Below the pieces are notes generated by a model. It had not been told where the DNA came from, did no database searches, and saw nothing but the letters and a program-made list of their open reading frames with translations. A stretch of 64,000 nucleotides of DNA from Candidatus Heimdallarchaeota archaeon (GTDB lineage: Archaea > Asgardarchaeota > Heimdallarchaeia > Hodarchaeales > Hodarchaeaceae): contig CP070695.1 of assembly GCA_020353515.1 (NCBI GenBank), positions 1,271,637 through 1,335,636 on the forward strand, in the 5' to 3' direction. Each line of letters starts with the position of its first letter. Within the stretch, counting starts at the first letter, position 1. The translations under genes and the position numbers were made by a program. Positions 48,177 through 58,269 of the stretch are shown in pieces.

Positions 48177-48920
48177 ATGGGAAAGCGTATTCTAGTTCAA
48201 CGCCGAGGCCGTGGTTCACCAACATTCCGAGCTTTATCACATCGGAAGCGAGGAAAAGCAAGATATCTATCCCTTACTGAAAAAGAGCGTAATGATAAAA
48301 TAGAATTCACAATAATTGATTTTATCCATGAGCGTGGTAGGGGTGTTCCATTAATGCTCATTAGATATGAGGATGGAAGTGAATGTTTTCTTCCTGCTCC
48401 TGAAGGTGTCTTTGTAGGACAAAAACGAGAACAAGGTGTAAATGCCGCGTTAGAAGTTGGAAATGTCCTCCCTATCAATAAAATCCCAGAAGGGGTATGG
48501 GTTTGCAATGTAGAAATGCGCCCTGGTGATGGAGGAGCTTTATGTCGGGCTTCTGGAACTCATGGATTGGTAAGAGGCCAAACAAAAGAAGGTTCTTCAA
48601 TTCAATTGCCCTCTCGGAGAATGAAACGAATTGATAACAAAGCTCGTGCGATGATTGGTGTTATTTCTGCAGGTGGTCGTCCAGATCGTCCCTTTATCAA
48701 AGCAGGATTAAAAAGGGCTTATATGCGGGCCAAAGGGCATAAATCTTTCCCAGTAGTTCGGGGGGTAGCCATGAACATAGCATCCCATCCTTTTGGAGGT
48801 GGAGCACATCAGGGTCCAGGTCAACCAACTACAGTTTCACGTAATGCTCCACCAGGCAGAAAAGTAGGATTAATTGCAGCACGTCGCACAGGACTAAGAC
48901 GTGGTCGTATTCGAGATTGA
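48177..48920 (+). CDS. rpl2: Ribosomal protein uL2
   Basis: MGKRILVQRRGRG, VRGVAMN, HPFGGG, PPGRKVGLIAARRTG. Confidence 0.97.
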   Translation: MGKRILVQRRGRGSPTFRALSHRKRGKARYLSLTEKERNDKIEFTIIDFIHERGRGVPLMLIRYEDGSECFLPAPEGVFVGQKREQGVNAALEVGNVLPINKIPEGVWVCNVEMRPGDGGALCRASGTHGLVRGQTKEGSSIQLPSRRMKRIDNKARAMIGVISAGGRPDRPFIKAGLKRAYMRAKGHKSFPVVRGVAMNIASHPFGGGAHQGPGQPTTVSRNAPPGRKVGLIAARRTGLRRGRIRD

Positions 48921-48933
48921 TAGGAGAGCTCTT

Positions 48934-49581
48934 TCATTTTTTAGAAAGTTTCTTCTTTACTTTTTTCAACCTTACAAAAGCCTCTCGTTCTCGCTCTGCT
49001 AAAGTTAATTGGATCCAACTCACTGTCGCCTCGATTCGGGGTATTATAATATAATTTAAAGCGTTTACACGGCGTTTTGTTTCAATTATCTCTCTAGCAA
49101 GTCTAGTTAAAGTTGATTGAATCTCGGCTAGACTCACAATGGCTTGAAGAGCATTCTCGAAGATTTTCAATGAAGAATCAAATCTAGCTGTGGTCTCACT
49201 CATAGAGTAGTGAATTAAATCCTCTTTATAGAATGTCTCTTGACGTATTTGGAAGACTGGAACGGAAATTCCCATCAATCTTCGACTCATACTCTCTAAG
49301 TTAAACTTACGAGGATAACCAAAAGCCACATTTTTGATTGTGACTTCACCCATTTGTAGTTGTAACTGAATAAATTGGTCTTGAGACTCTGTTATCGTCT
49401 CTTGGACTTTTTCTCGCTTTTGTTTGTATAACATAACCGTTGAGAATAATTCACCAGTCAAAGCTTCTAATTTTTCACTTAATAATTCGTACCCCTTATT
49501 TGCGAGTTCTAATCTCTGCTTTAACTCCAATAACTGCATTCTTGTAGGTGTGATCCCTGGGATTATGTTCTCTGTACTCAT
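48934..49581 (-). CDS. atpD: A/V-type ATP synthase subunit D (isolated)
   Basis: PTRMQLLELKQRL...GYELLSEK, TKRRVNALNYIIIP, EREREAFVRLK. Start set at ATG 49581. Confidence 0.92.
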   Translation of the reverse strand: MSTENIIPGITPTRMQLLELKQRLELANKGYELLSEKLEALTGELFSTVMLYKQKREKVQETITESQDQFIQLQLQMGEVTIKNVAFGYPRKFNLESMSRRLMGISVPVFQIRQETFYKEDLIHYSMSETTARFDSSLKIFENALQAIVSLAEIQSTLTRLAREIIETKRRVNALNYIIIPRIEATVSWIQLTLAEREREAFVRLKKVKKKLSKK

Positions 49582-49647
49582 GAAAGAACCTCTAAACAAA
49601 TAGATGATTCATTTAGGAGGAATTATAAATAGTTTTGAATTTATTAG

Positions 49648-49774
49648 TGCGGGGGGTGAGATTTGAACTCACGAACGCCTATGCGAGCAGATCTTGAGTC
49701 TAAGTCATATGATTATCGACTGGATGTCCAATAAACACATTCTGGCCCCGTTGACCTGGCTGGGGTACCCCCGC
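49648..49774 (-). tRNA. tRNA-Leu(CAA) with 42-nt non-canonical intron in the 5' strand of the anticodon stem (~49699-49740)
   Basis: Removal gives an 85-nt GCGGGGG...CCAGA-CTCAAGA-TCTGC...GTGAG-TTCAAAT-CTCAC-CCCCCGC-A. Junction ambiguous within the repeated AGA. Confidence 0.88.
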
Positions 49775-50072
49775 GGGAATTTAAGGGAGTATTAGCTTGT
49801 TTATTCTATATCTCTTAGATTTATATTAATCATTTTATAATTTTAGAGTCATAAATCGTCTCAAGGTACTATAATGGTAGATGTTACGAATTGCTGTAAT
49901 ATCTAAGATACTGCTTCCGAGGAATGATTGTATCCAAAATATACAGAATTTAGGTGTAATGATGACCAAAAAAAACCAAAAAACCATTTTGTACAGAATT
50001 TTTGCTTTAAAAACTTCAAGCGGGATTTTTGATTGTCTAGCAGATTAATTTTAAAAGATATAAAACCTTACT

Positions 50073-50270
50073 ATGTTTGAAATATTGGAGAAAATAAAAA
50101 TTATGTTAAATCTTCCTTTTTTCCTCTTAAATAGCTTGAACTTCATAATTAGTTCAATTCCAACTTCTAATACTATCTTATCGGAGTTACCTTTTTTGCT
50201 TGTCCTGTTTGGGTCACTTATCATCCTAGCTTTATTATTTAGATATTTTAGTCAAAAAAAATCCTTGTAA
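50073..50270 (+). CDS. Possible small membrane protein
   Basis: One hydrophobic helix plus basic tail; fills the gap. Confidence 0.3.
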   Translation: MFEILEKIKIMLNLPFFLLNSLNFIISSIPTSNTILSELPFLLVLFGSLIILALLFRYFSQKKSL

Positions 50271-50273
50271 TAG

Positions 50274-51113
50274 TTATTTGTAATTCAACTGGTCTTCAAG
50301 TTTGCTGAAAGTGATCATAATAGCTTCCTCTAGTCGAAGGGAGCGAGTTCCATAGTTTTGTAAAATATTAAAGCAGTGATCGAACAAATCACTTACTTTT
50401 TTACCTTCTGCTTTAACCATCTCTGGGATCCCTTGGTAAGGTCCCCCAAAAGCTATCAGATAACTATCATTTCTCCCCATATCTGCGGAAAATGATGAGA
50501 TTGGTTGACAAGATCTTGAAGTAGCAATTTTAAACCCTGATCGGTTGACAAGTGATTTACCAAGAGTTGTGGTTGAGGTGTGAACCGAGAATCCCCAATA
50601 AAGATTTTCTGGCGCCTTAGGAAGAACAATTGCTTTGAACCCGTCTTTAGTCTTTCGTATTTTTGTTGTAACACGTAGTGTCTTGTTTAATAATGATTTA
50701 CTTGGGGGAGAAATAACTTCAAGGAGCTGTGTCCCCCCCACGTCCGCTACTACACGATTTTGATTTAGAAAAATGGCTGCTTCTCTAATTTCGTCTGATT
50801 TTAGCTCTCGAGAGCGAATGTGGTGTGGCGTTGCTAGTGGGGAGAGAATACCAACTGCAGAAGTATCACGGGAGAGGGGAAACAATCTTTTTCGAAGGTA
50901 CTGGGGACATTCAACATATTGAAGAATTCGTGTAATTATTCGCCTTTCACGACCTGCTCGTGTGGGTTTAAGAAAAGGGTCATGATAAACAAGTATATCT
51001 TGAACTCGGAAGATTGCGGCAATTCGTGCTATTTGAAAGATTTTTTCGGTTTTTGTACGGATATCTGTGCAGTCCAGAACAGCAGAATCAGGGATAGCGA
51101 TTGTAATTTGCAA
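50274..51113 (-). CDS. SPOUT RNA methyltransferase (DUF171/SPOUT1 family)
   Basis: IAIPDS, IARIAAIFRV, CPQYLRKRLFP, YWGF, FGGP, TRSLRLEEA. Confidence 0.9.
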   Translation of the reverse strand: MQITIAIPDSAVLDCTDIRTKTEKIFQIARIAAIFRVQDILVYHDPFLKPTRAGRERRIITRILQYVECPQYLRKRLFPLSRDTSAVGILSPLATPHHIRSRELKSDEIREAAIFLNQNRVVADVGGTQLLEVISPPSKSLLNKTLRVTTKIRKTKDGFKAIVLPKAPENLYWGFSVHTSTTTLGKSLVNRSGFKIATSRSCQPISSFSADMGRNDSYLIAFGGPYQGIPEMVKAEGKKVSDLFDHCFNILQNYGTRSLRLEEAIMITFSKLEDQLNYK

Positions 51114-51200
51114 TTGAATTTTTCACTTCTAGAGTCTAAACACTATGAAAGTCAAATGGGATGTAATTATCCAATAATTCGAAACATGGGATTAAAAATT

Positions 51201-52085
51201 CTAAGATAGGTTATTTTCATAATAATAATCTACATATGCTCTAATAACGTCTTTTTGATTAATAATCCCGAGAAGCTTGCCATCTGCGCTTACTACAGGA
51301 AGTTGATCGAATTGTTTTGAGCTCATTTTCCTCGCTACCTCACTAATTGTACTCCCCTTATAACATACTTCAACGTTTCGTTCCATTATCTCGCTTACTG
51401 TCATATTTGAAGGTAAAGTTAAAGTTTTTGAGCCAATAATTAGCACAGATTCACTATCCCAAGAGGAACTATCATTTTCAGCCCCGTGTCCCGTTCGGCT
51501 TTTACTTTGGGAGTCAAAAATTTCCATCACCTTAAGAAAATCATGTTGCGTGATTAATCCCACCATTTGGGTCTCATCGATCACAGGAATTCCTTTTTGA
51601 TGACTCAAACGAAAAATAGATGCTGCTGCTGGAAGAGGTGTTTTTTCCCAGATTACAGTAATATTTGGGGAGAAATAACTTTCTACATCGGATTGGATTC
51701 TAGCTGGAACCACGACTTTTTTAACCAGATCATTTCGCGATACTAAGCCAAGAAGTGATTTATCATCTTCATCTACGATGGGGATTCTTTGAAAAACTTC
51801 TCGGATAAAAATCCGAGCCGCATTTATTGCTTTATCATTAGGCTTTAGTGTGACAACATCACGAACCATCAATAAAGAAAGCTGGGTTTCATCTGGATTT
51901 CGAAAAAGATCAGAGCGAGACACAATACCAGCAAGTTCGTCTGAACCTTTCTTTAAAACAGGATAAACACTAAGTCCTGTTTCCCGTATCTTATCTAATA
52001 AAATATCTCTATTCCCAGGAATGGTTATGGTAACAAGGTCCTCTCTCTTTGTCATAATTCTGGAAATTGGAAAGTCTTTAACCAA
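51201..52085 (-). CDS. Four-CBS-domain protein
   Basis: Four repeats of PV...GIVS/T.xD; NPDETQLSLLM. Confidence 0.88.
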   Translation of the reverse strand: MVKDFPISRIMTKREDLVTITIPGNRDILLDKIRETGLSVYPVLKKGSDELAGIVSRSDLFRNPDETQLSLLMVRDVVTLKPNDKAINAARIFIREVFQRIPIVDEDDKSLLGLVSRNDLVKKVVVPARIQSDVESYFSPNITVIWEKTPLPAAASIFRLSHQKGIPVIDETQMVGLITQHDFLKVMEIFDSQSKSRTGHGAENDSSSWDSESVLIIGSKTLTLPSNMTVSEIMERNVEVCYKGSTISEVARKMSSKQFDQLPVVSADGKLLGIINQKDVIRAYVDYYYENNLS

Positions 52086-52190
52086 TTGTTGTCACCTATT
52101 AAATAATTTTTTTGTTTCTCAGAAAATCAGTATTTTTCAATTCCCCGATGAAGAAATGACTGGATGATCATATAAAAGCAAAAATTATTA

Positions 52191-52376
52191 TCAAGCGTTA
52201 AGTGTAAGTAAGTTCAATACCAAAATTATAGCTACAAATGCAACGGCCAACACTACAGTCCAATATGGCCCCATCTTTAAACCTGGGGAGTCTGATTCAG
52301 AATAGAACCGGATTAATCCTGCACCTGTAGCAGGCATTGGAGAATCCTCTCGACGCTTAGATTTTCTAACACTCAA
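52191..52376 (-). CDS. secG: Preprotein translocase Sec61beta subunit
   Basis: PATGAGLIRFYSE...KMGP plus one TM. Confidence 0.9.
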   Translation of the reverse strand: MSVRKSKRREDSPMPATGAGLIRFYSESDSPGLKMGPYWTVVLAVAFVAIILVLNLLTLNA

Positions 52377-52689
52377 TATTGATACACCTTTTTTAGGTAA
52401 ACATTGTACCTCGTGTGAATTAATAGTTTTTGATTAAAGGCCCAAGTTGTATACTGGTAAAATATCATCCCAGTAAAACCATGAGATTCATCAGTAATTT
52501 CAATACTAACCTAGACATATCCTTGGACGTAATAAATATATTGTCTCTGATACCAAACTTCATTTATCACTTATGAAGTTTTACATGATGACGTCAAGTT
52601 TATTCATTGTTATCAGATTTTTTTCAGATTTGTCAAAAAAGTCTCCCTTGATTTGTTTAAGATTAAGAAAAAGACATAAATTCGAAATA

Positions 52690-53466
52690 TTAGCTCCAAA
52701 TACCTACTATTTTTGCCTTAATCGTGATCAATCGCCACCACATCCAATCTAACCAATCAGCGAATTGATCAATGATCGGTACTGGTCCAATTTTCTCAAT
52801 CACAAATGCAAAGAAGATTGTACCAAAAAAACCAATAATTTTAGACGAGACATCATGGGCCCAATAAAAGGCTTCTTGCGGATCCATGTGAAATTGAGTG
52901 ATGAGAATATAGACACACCATAGATGGAAAGTAATTCTTAAAGCATTTCCAATAAAGAGAGCAATAAAGAAAGCAAGGCTAGCGCGTATCTTCGCAATCC
53001 ATGGTGCCTCAGTTACCATAATGATAGCGATAAGTAATCCTCCAGCTTGCATTCCTGTACAAGCCTTAACAATCCAATAATCTCCATCAGGAAGAGGATC
53101 TGCATATGGAATCCGAATCCCTGGTGTCTGAACCGTTGCTTCCAGAAACGGAAAGGATCCACCTCTCAATGATTCAGGGATTATTGTACTAGGGTCAGTT
53201 GTAGGGATTAGGTAATTTTCTATTCTTAAAATATTCAATAGTACATGGATTATGTCACGAGTTGGAATTTCTATAAATACCCAATCAGGCAAAGTGTATA
53301 TTAAGAAGGTAATAACTGAAGCAATCAACAAAGTCATTATCATAAGTTTGTCATTATGAAATCGTTTCGTGGTAGTCTCGCGGTGTGGTTTGGTTATTGC
53401 CCCATCTGGAGATTTAGCTTCATGAGGGTAACCAACAGCGGCCGATGTGTGTGTTTTGCTTGTCAT
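52690..53466 (-). CDS. Archaeosortase/exosortase family protein
   Basis: Catalytic triad contexts IVKACTG (Cys), GNALRI (Arg), AHD (His); multi-TM. Confidence 0.82.
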   Translation of the reverse strand: MTSKTHTSAAVGYPHEAKSPDGAITKPHRETTTKRFHNDKLMIMTLLIASVITFLIYTLPDWVFIEIPTRDIIHVLLNILRIENYLIPTTDPSTIIPESLRGGSFPFLEATVQTPGIRIPYADPLPDGDYWIVKACTGMQAGGLLIAIIMVTEAPWIAKIRASLAFFIALFIGNALRITFHLWCVYILITQFHMDPQEAFYWAHDVSSKIIGFFGTIFFAFVIEKIGPVPIIDQFADWLDWMWWRLITIKAKIVGIWS

Positions 53467-53663
53467 ATAGCTCGATCTCTATTTAATTAGACTGAATGAA
53501 CTGAAATAGCTTCATTTAAAATCTTTATTCTTCGAAGAGAAATATTGATTTCATCCTTGATTCTAGATAGCAGATTTACTCCAACCTCCAGTCGTTTTCC
53601 CCTTTTTACACATGAATACATTAAATAGCCCGTGGTTAAAGAAAAAACGAAATCTAATTTATT

Positions 53664-55277
53664 TCAAGATGATTGAAATTTCTTAGGATCCTTGAGGCAG
53701 TACCAGCCATATTTCACAGCACAGATCTCTTTCTCTACTAAATCTCGTAAAACTTGTTTTATTTGTTCTTTGGGAAGTTTAACGTCTGATGTAAGAAGAT
53801 TTGACTGCGCTTTGTAATGAGGTCGTTGTAAAAGTGCTTTGATTACTTGTTCTTCCGATGGAGTAAGATCAATATTTTTAGGGATTTTATATTGGATAGT
53901 TTCTTTCACTTGGTCAAGTGTTGACCCTCGTTTATGTTCAAGAATATGTTTGTCTTTTAGAATGTACCAACCGTATGAAACCCTTAAAATACCCTTATCA
54001 ACCAGATTTCTTAAAACTTCTTTTAGAACGCTTTGTTTCAAGCCCGTTGGTCGTGTGAGGAGGTTTGATTGTGCTTTAAGGTTTGGTCTTGACTTAATTG
54101 CTTTGATAGTGGCAATTTCTTCGGGTGTTAACCCTTCCCCAACTCGAGAAATCCGCGGTGATTTCTTTTTCTTCTTTTTTCTCTCACCATCACTAAAAGT
54201 TTTCTTAAAAAAAGGCAAATGGCTTTTTTTGATTATGTACCATCCAACTTGTGTTCGAAGTAGTCCCTTTGATATAAGACTCCTTAAATGCATTTCTGCT
54301 TCATCAATGGGGATATTAATATCTTTAGCTAGAATTTCTGGTTTTGTTCGATGTTTAATACGCATATATGTTCGTTCAAGAATTTCCATTTCTGTTTCTG
54401 TTGGTAGGTCTTCCTCCCAATTATCACGTCTAAACAATGAAGTTGTTTGTTTTAAATAGGGTTGAATTGTATGGGAATAGGATTTTTGAGGGGGTATTGG
54501 ATGAAATATGTCAGCTTCTGCATCGTCATCTGAGTCTTCATCCTCTTCGGTAGAATCTTCATATTCAATAATATCAGAGTCTAAATCAGACGAAGAACTT
54601 GTAGAAAATGGAACTTCTGTTTCAACAGATACTTCTCCTACTTGAGTATCTTTTTTTTCAATCAAATTATCTGAGAATTCTAATTCAGGAGACAACTGAT
54701 CTTTTAACAGAGTAGTATTTTTTTTCTCTGAAACAATGTTTCTTGATGTTATAACGGGAAGATCAGGGGATTGTGTACTTATACGAGGCATTTTTTTAGA
54801 GATTTGTTGATTGTATGATTCTCGATCATTTGAATGGATCGAATTAGAGCTGAAAACGAGCGTTTTTTGAGTTGTACTAATTGAATATTCCTGGTTATCT
54901 ATGAGTGTTAATATCTGGCCAGTCAATGTATCAAATGGTGAGCCGATACCTTCAGCTTCAATAATGAGAGAATCAGCAGCTTTTGTGGTAAGAAAATATT
55001 TGACCCTAATTTTCCTTAAACTCAATTGATTTAAGTTAAAAAATTCCTGAATTTCTCGATTCATTACAGTTGATTCATCACCATGAATTTCAAGAGTATA
55101 ATCTTGTTCTGAGCGGTTTTCTTCAATATAGAAAACAAGACTTGGAAAGTCAGGAATTCTAGGAGTAGCGTGCACACTGTTATCAATGAATTCGATTTCA
55201 CGGAATCGTCCACGCGCTTTCAAGAAATTTACAAAATCATTTAAAACGGTATTTTGACGATACACAAAAACACACAA
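53664..55277 (-). CDS. Protein with acidic disordered linker and three tandem winged-helix repeats
   Basis: Three ~60-aa repeats (L/P)TxxE..I.....LRxL(V/I)xK....GWYx(I/L)K; D/E-rich tract. Confidence 0.7.
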   Translation of the reverse strand: MCVFVYRQNTVLNDFVNFLKARGRFREIEFIDNSVHATPRIPDFPSLVFYIEENRSEQDYTLEIHGDESTVMNREIQEFFNLNQLSLRKIRVKYFLTTKAADSLIIEAEGIGSPFDTLTGQILTLIDNQEYSISTTQKTLVFSSNSIHSNDRESYNQQISKKMPRISTQSPDLPVITSRNIVSEKKNTTLLKDQLSPELEFSDNLIEKKDTQVGEVSVETEVPFSTSSSSDLDSDIIEYEDSTEEDEDSDDDAEADIFHPIPPQKSYSHTIQPYLKQTTSLFRRDNWEEDLPTETEMEILERTYMRIKHRTKPEILAKDINIPIDEAEMHLRSLISKGLLRTQVGWYIIKKSHLPFFKKTFSDGERKKKKKKSPRISRVGEGLTPEEIATIKAIKSRPNLKAQSNLLTRPTGLKQSVLKEVLRNLVDKGILRVSYGWYILKDKHILEHKRGSTLDQVKETIQYKIPKNIDLTPSEEQVIKALLQRPHYKAQSNLLTSDVKLPKEQIKQVLRDLVEKEICAVKYGWYCLKDPKKFQSS

Positions 55278-55567
55278 ATCCCATTAAATGTGGAATAAAG
55301 CCCAATTGAGAAACGGTAATAGAGATAATCCGACTAGAAGCTCTTTTGTATCGTCTTGAAAAACTTTTTGGTGATTATAAGAAAAATCTCGGTCTTTCAG
55401 AGCATTTCAAAATATATATTTGATTGAAATTTAATTAGAGAATTGGATACAGCATAAAATTCTCAATTTAGGAAGGAAACACGATTATTGAGTAATTATG
55501 AAAGTTTTACTTAAAAAAAGCTGATTTCTGGATCTTTCGTTGAAACAAAAAAATAAAAGAAATATAT

Positions 55568-56035
55568 TCAGCCTCTATTCAATAATTTATCACGAATTTC
55601 TTCCAATGTCAAATCCTTGAGCTCTTTTCGAAGATCTTCTGGAAGGGAAAAAAAAACACTTCTCATTTCACTGAAATTCGATTGATCAGGATGTTGGAGG
55701 ATTTCTTCCCATAAGGCAACATAATCATGGATTGGAATCCCTAAAGGAGTAGGAGAAATCAACCTGTATTCTTTGAAAGGATGCTTTTCTTCTCTTCGTG
55801 TGCTAATTTGTTTTTGGGGGGAAATATTTAGCATTGGTGATTGAATTTGTTCAACCAAGCCAAAATGAAATAACTCACCTAGAACTGCAATCACTGTTGG
55901 CATATCAGCATCAATATTTTGCAAAGATTTGGTAATTTGGGGGATTGTTAATTGCTCAATGGTAAGTAACTGCAATATTGGAACTGTAATCGGATTATCC
56001 AAGAGTTTAGCTAGCTTATTGCGAAACTGCATCAA
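55568..56035 (-). CDS. Hypothetical protein with N-terminal wHTH-like segment
   Basis: LLDNPITVPILQLL...LTIPQIT...VLGELFHFGLVE. Confidence 0.5.
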   Translation of the reverse strand: MMQFRNKLAKLLDNPITVPILQLLTIEQLTIPQITKSLQNIDADMPTVIAVLGELFHFGLVEQIQSPMLNISPQKQISTRREEKHPFKEYRLISPTPLGIPIHDYVALWEEILQHPDQSNFSEMRSVFFSLPEDLRKELKDLTLEEIRDKLLNRG

Positions 56036-56212
56036 TCGAAAGAGAAATCAATTTAGAATCTTAAATTTACTCTAATCAGTCACATTGGTTTTCTTGCATT
56101 TTAAAAAGACAATTTAAATACAAGAACATTAGACCAGTTATCTGATGTAAGTATTGGCCCATATGTTTTTTCATAGATCGAGCAAATAGCAGGTAGTAAT
56201 AGAGGAGTTAAA

Positions 56213-56920
56213 ATGGTAGAACCCAATGGAAGCGACATAATTGTCGAATGTATTGATTTGAAGAAGTCCTATATTCTAGGGGAAGTGAAAGTGGACGCTT
56301 TAAGGGGAATTAACATGAAAATTGAACGTGGAGAAATGGTCGCTATCCAAGGCCCATCAGGCTGTGGAAAAACGACTTTATTGAATATTATTGGATCACT
56401 AGATTATCCTACTTCTGGAAAAGTACTACTTGAAGGAAAAGAAATCTCAACTGCAAGTGAACGTGAACTCACAGAAATCCGTAGGAAGAGTGTGGGCTTT
56501 ATTTTTCAATTTTACAACCTTTTACCAGTTTTGACTGCATTAGAGAATGTTGAACTACCAATGTTAATTGCAGGAAAAGCCAAAGAACAAAGACATGAAA
56601 GAGCAATGGACTTGCTAGAGAAAGTGGGATTACTTGAAAGAAAAGATCATAAGCCAGATGAGCTAAGCGGTGGGGAACGTCAACGAGTAGCAATAGCTCG
56701 TGCACTCGCTAATCATCCTTTAATCTTATTGGCTGATGAACCCACTGGAGATTTAGATACGGAAACTGGATTAGCAATAATTAAGTTATTGAAAGAAATA
56801 AATAGAACAGAAAATCAAACCTTAATCTTAGTCACTCACGATGGTAATATTGCTAATCAATCAGAGAGAATATTCCACATCATTGACGGATTAATTTCAT
56901 CTGTACAAGAAGTCATTTGA
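56213..56920 (+). CDS. ABC transporter ATP-binding protein (LolD/MacB type)
   Basis: GPSGCGKT, LSGGERQRVAIARAL, ADEPTG, VTHD. Confidence 0.93.
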   Translation: MVEPNGSDIIVECIDLKKSYILGEVKVDALRGINMKIERGEMVAIQGPSGCGKTTLLNIIGSLDYPTSGKVLLEGKEISTASERELTEIRRKSVGFIFQFYNLLPVLTALENVELPMLIAGKAKEQRHERAMDLLEKVGLLERKDHKPDELSGGERQRVAIARALANHPLILLADEPTGDLDTETGLAIIKLLKEINRTENQTLILVTHDGNIANQSERIFHIIDGLISSVQEVI

Positions 56921-56942
56921 CAGAATAATAAGACATTTTGAG

Positions 56943-57890
56943 CTAAATGAGTAAAGCACGGAGGGAATCATTGCCGGTTCTTTTAGATTCCTCATCCAAT
57001 ATCTTTATCAGCTCTTTAAATCGGTTTCTTATGGTCACAGGCGTGATTTTTGCTACATTAGCGATCTCCTGTTGGGTTCTACGTTCTCCAGTTTGTATTG
57101 TAGAAATATAGAGAGCCGCTGCAGCAAGGCTCATTGGATTTTTACCCACAGTTGCACCTCTACTTCGTGCAATATTCAAAATTTCTACTGCCTGCCTACG
57201 CGCTTTCATCGTAACACGCAAACTGATGCCTAGACGATGAACTAAAGCAGAATAATCGCTTGGAAACACCTTCAAATCCAGTTTTTGAAGTATTATTCGA
57301 ATACAACGTCCAAGTTCTTTTGATGAAATATTAGAGACCGAAGCAATGTCTTTTAATGTTTGAGGTAATTTTTTTCTACGACAAGCTAGATAGAGACTCG
57401 CTGAAATCATTCCATCAATTGAGCGGCCCCGAATAAGATTCCGTTTCAATGCTTTTCGGTAGATCATTGCCCCCATTTCTGCAACATCTTCGGGGAGCTC
57501 TAGCTGACTTTTGATTCGTTTTAACTCTTTCAACGCAAAACGTAAATTACGGATCTCTGATTTTCGTGTTCGATTATCAATTCGGGACAATCGTCGATAT
57601 TTGGTTTGAGAAGAAAAAGGAAGAGTCTTCCCTGAAATATCTTTTCTAATGTTTCCAATTTGGGTTCGTAAACCCATTTCAGCTTTTAAGGGAGTAATTG
57701 GACTACCTGTGCGAGATCGTTCAGCGAGTTCACTGGAATCATATGCCCGCCATTCAGGGCCCATATCGATTTGCATGTCGAGTACCAGACCACAAGAAGC
57801 ACATATGGATGTCCCTTTGGTAAAGTCCATGACTATATCAACACTACCGCATTCGGGACACTTGGGTTCTTGAGATGCAACAGGCGGCAA
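56943..57890 (-). CDS. tfb: Transcription initiation factor B
   Basis: Zn ribbon CPECG...CASCG, GPEWRAY B-reader, two cyclin folds (RGRS, GKNP, TIRNRFKEL). Confidence 0.96.
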   Translation of the reverse strand: MPPVASQEPKCPECGSVDIVMDFTKGTSICASCGLVLDMQIDMGPEWRAYDSSELAERSRTGSPITPLKAEMGLRTQIGNIRKDISGKTLPFSSQTKYRRLSRIDNRTRKSEIRNLRFALKELKRIKSQLELPEDVAEMGAMIYRKALKRNLIRGRSIDGMISASLYLACRRKKLPQTLKDIASVSNISSKELGRCIRIILQKLDLKVFPSDYSALVHRLGISLRVTMKARRQAVEILNIARSRGATVGKNPMSLAAAALYISTIQTGERRTQQEIANVAKITPVTIRNRFKELIKILDEESKRTGNDSLRALLI

Positions 57891-58143
57891 AAAAAGGCCC
57901 TCCTAAATTTTGAGAACTGAATTAGTTCTCATCTCCACCTATACCCTCTATGCTGATTTAAAAGGTTTTGCACATTTCTTTTTGAATTGTTCTAGTAATC
58001 CTATATCCTAAATAATCCATTATGATTATATTTTTTGATAGTAAAAGTTACTAGAAAAACAATTCAACATTTAAATTAATTACTTTAAACTTTTTAGGAG
58101 TACTGTGCCTTCTAACAACGTTTTAAGGAGCTTTACTCTGAAA

Positions 58144-58191
58144 GTCTTTATAAAGACGCTCTCACCTTATAAAGTACCTTTATAAAGTGAG
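58144..58191. promoter_or_regulatory. Array of three TATA-like boxes upstream of tbp
   Basis: GTCTTTATAAAGAC (perfect palindrome) plus CTCACCTTATAAAG-TAC-CTTTATAAAGTGAG (14-bp inverted repeat, 1 mismatch). Confidence 0.6.
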
Positions 58192-58269
58192 GGGAAAGTA
58201 ATATCTTTTGTGTAATTAATCTCCATACCTTTTATTTAGGAGAATTGGTGGGTTTTAGATTAGGTTATT

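Noticed and set aside
53839-54459. 206-aa plus-strand ORF
   Set aside because: Antisense shadow of the triple-wHTH gene; the other short overlapping ORFs in the track were dismissed for the same reason.
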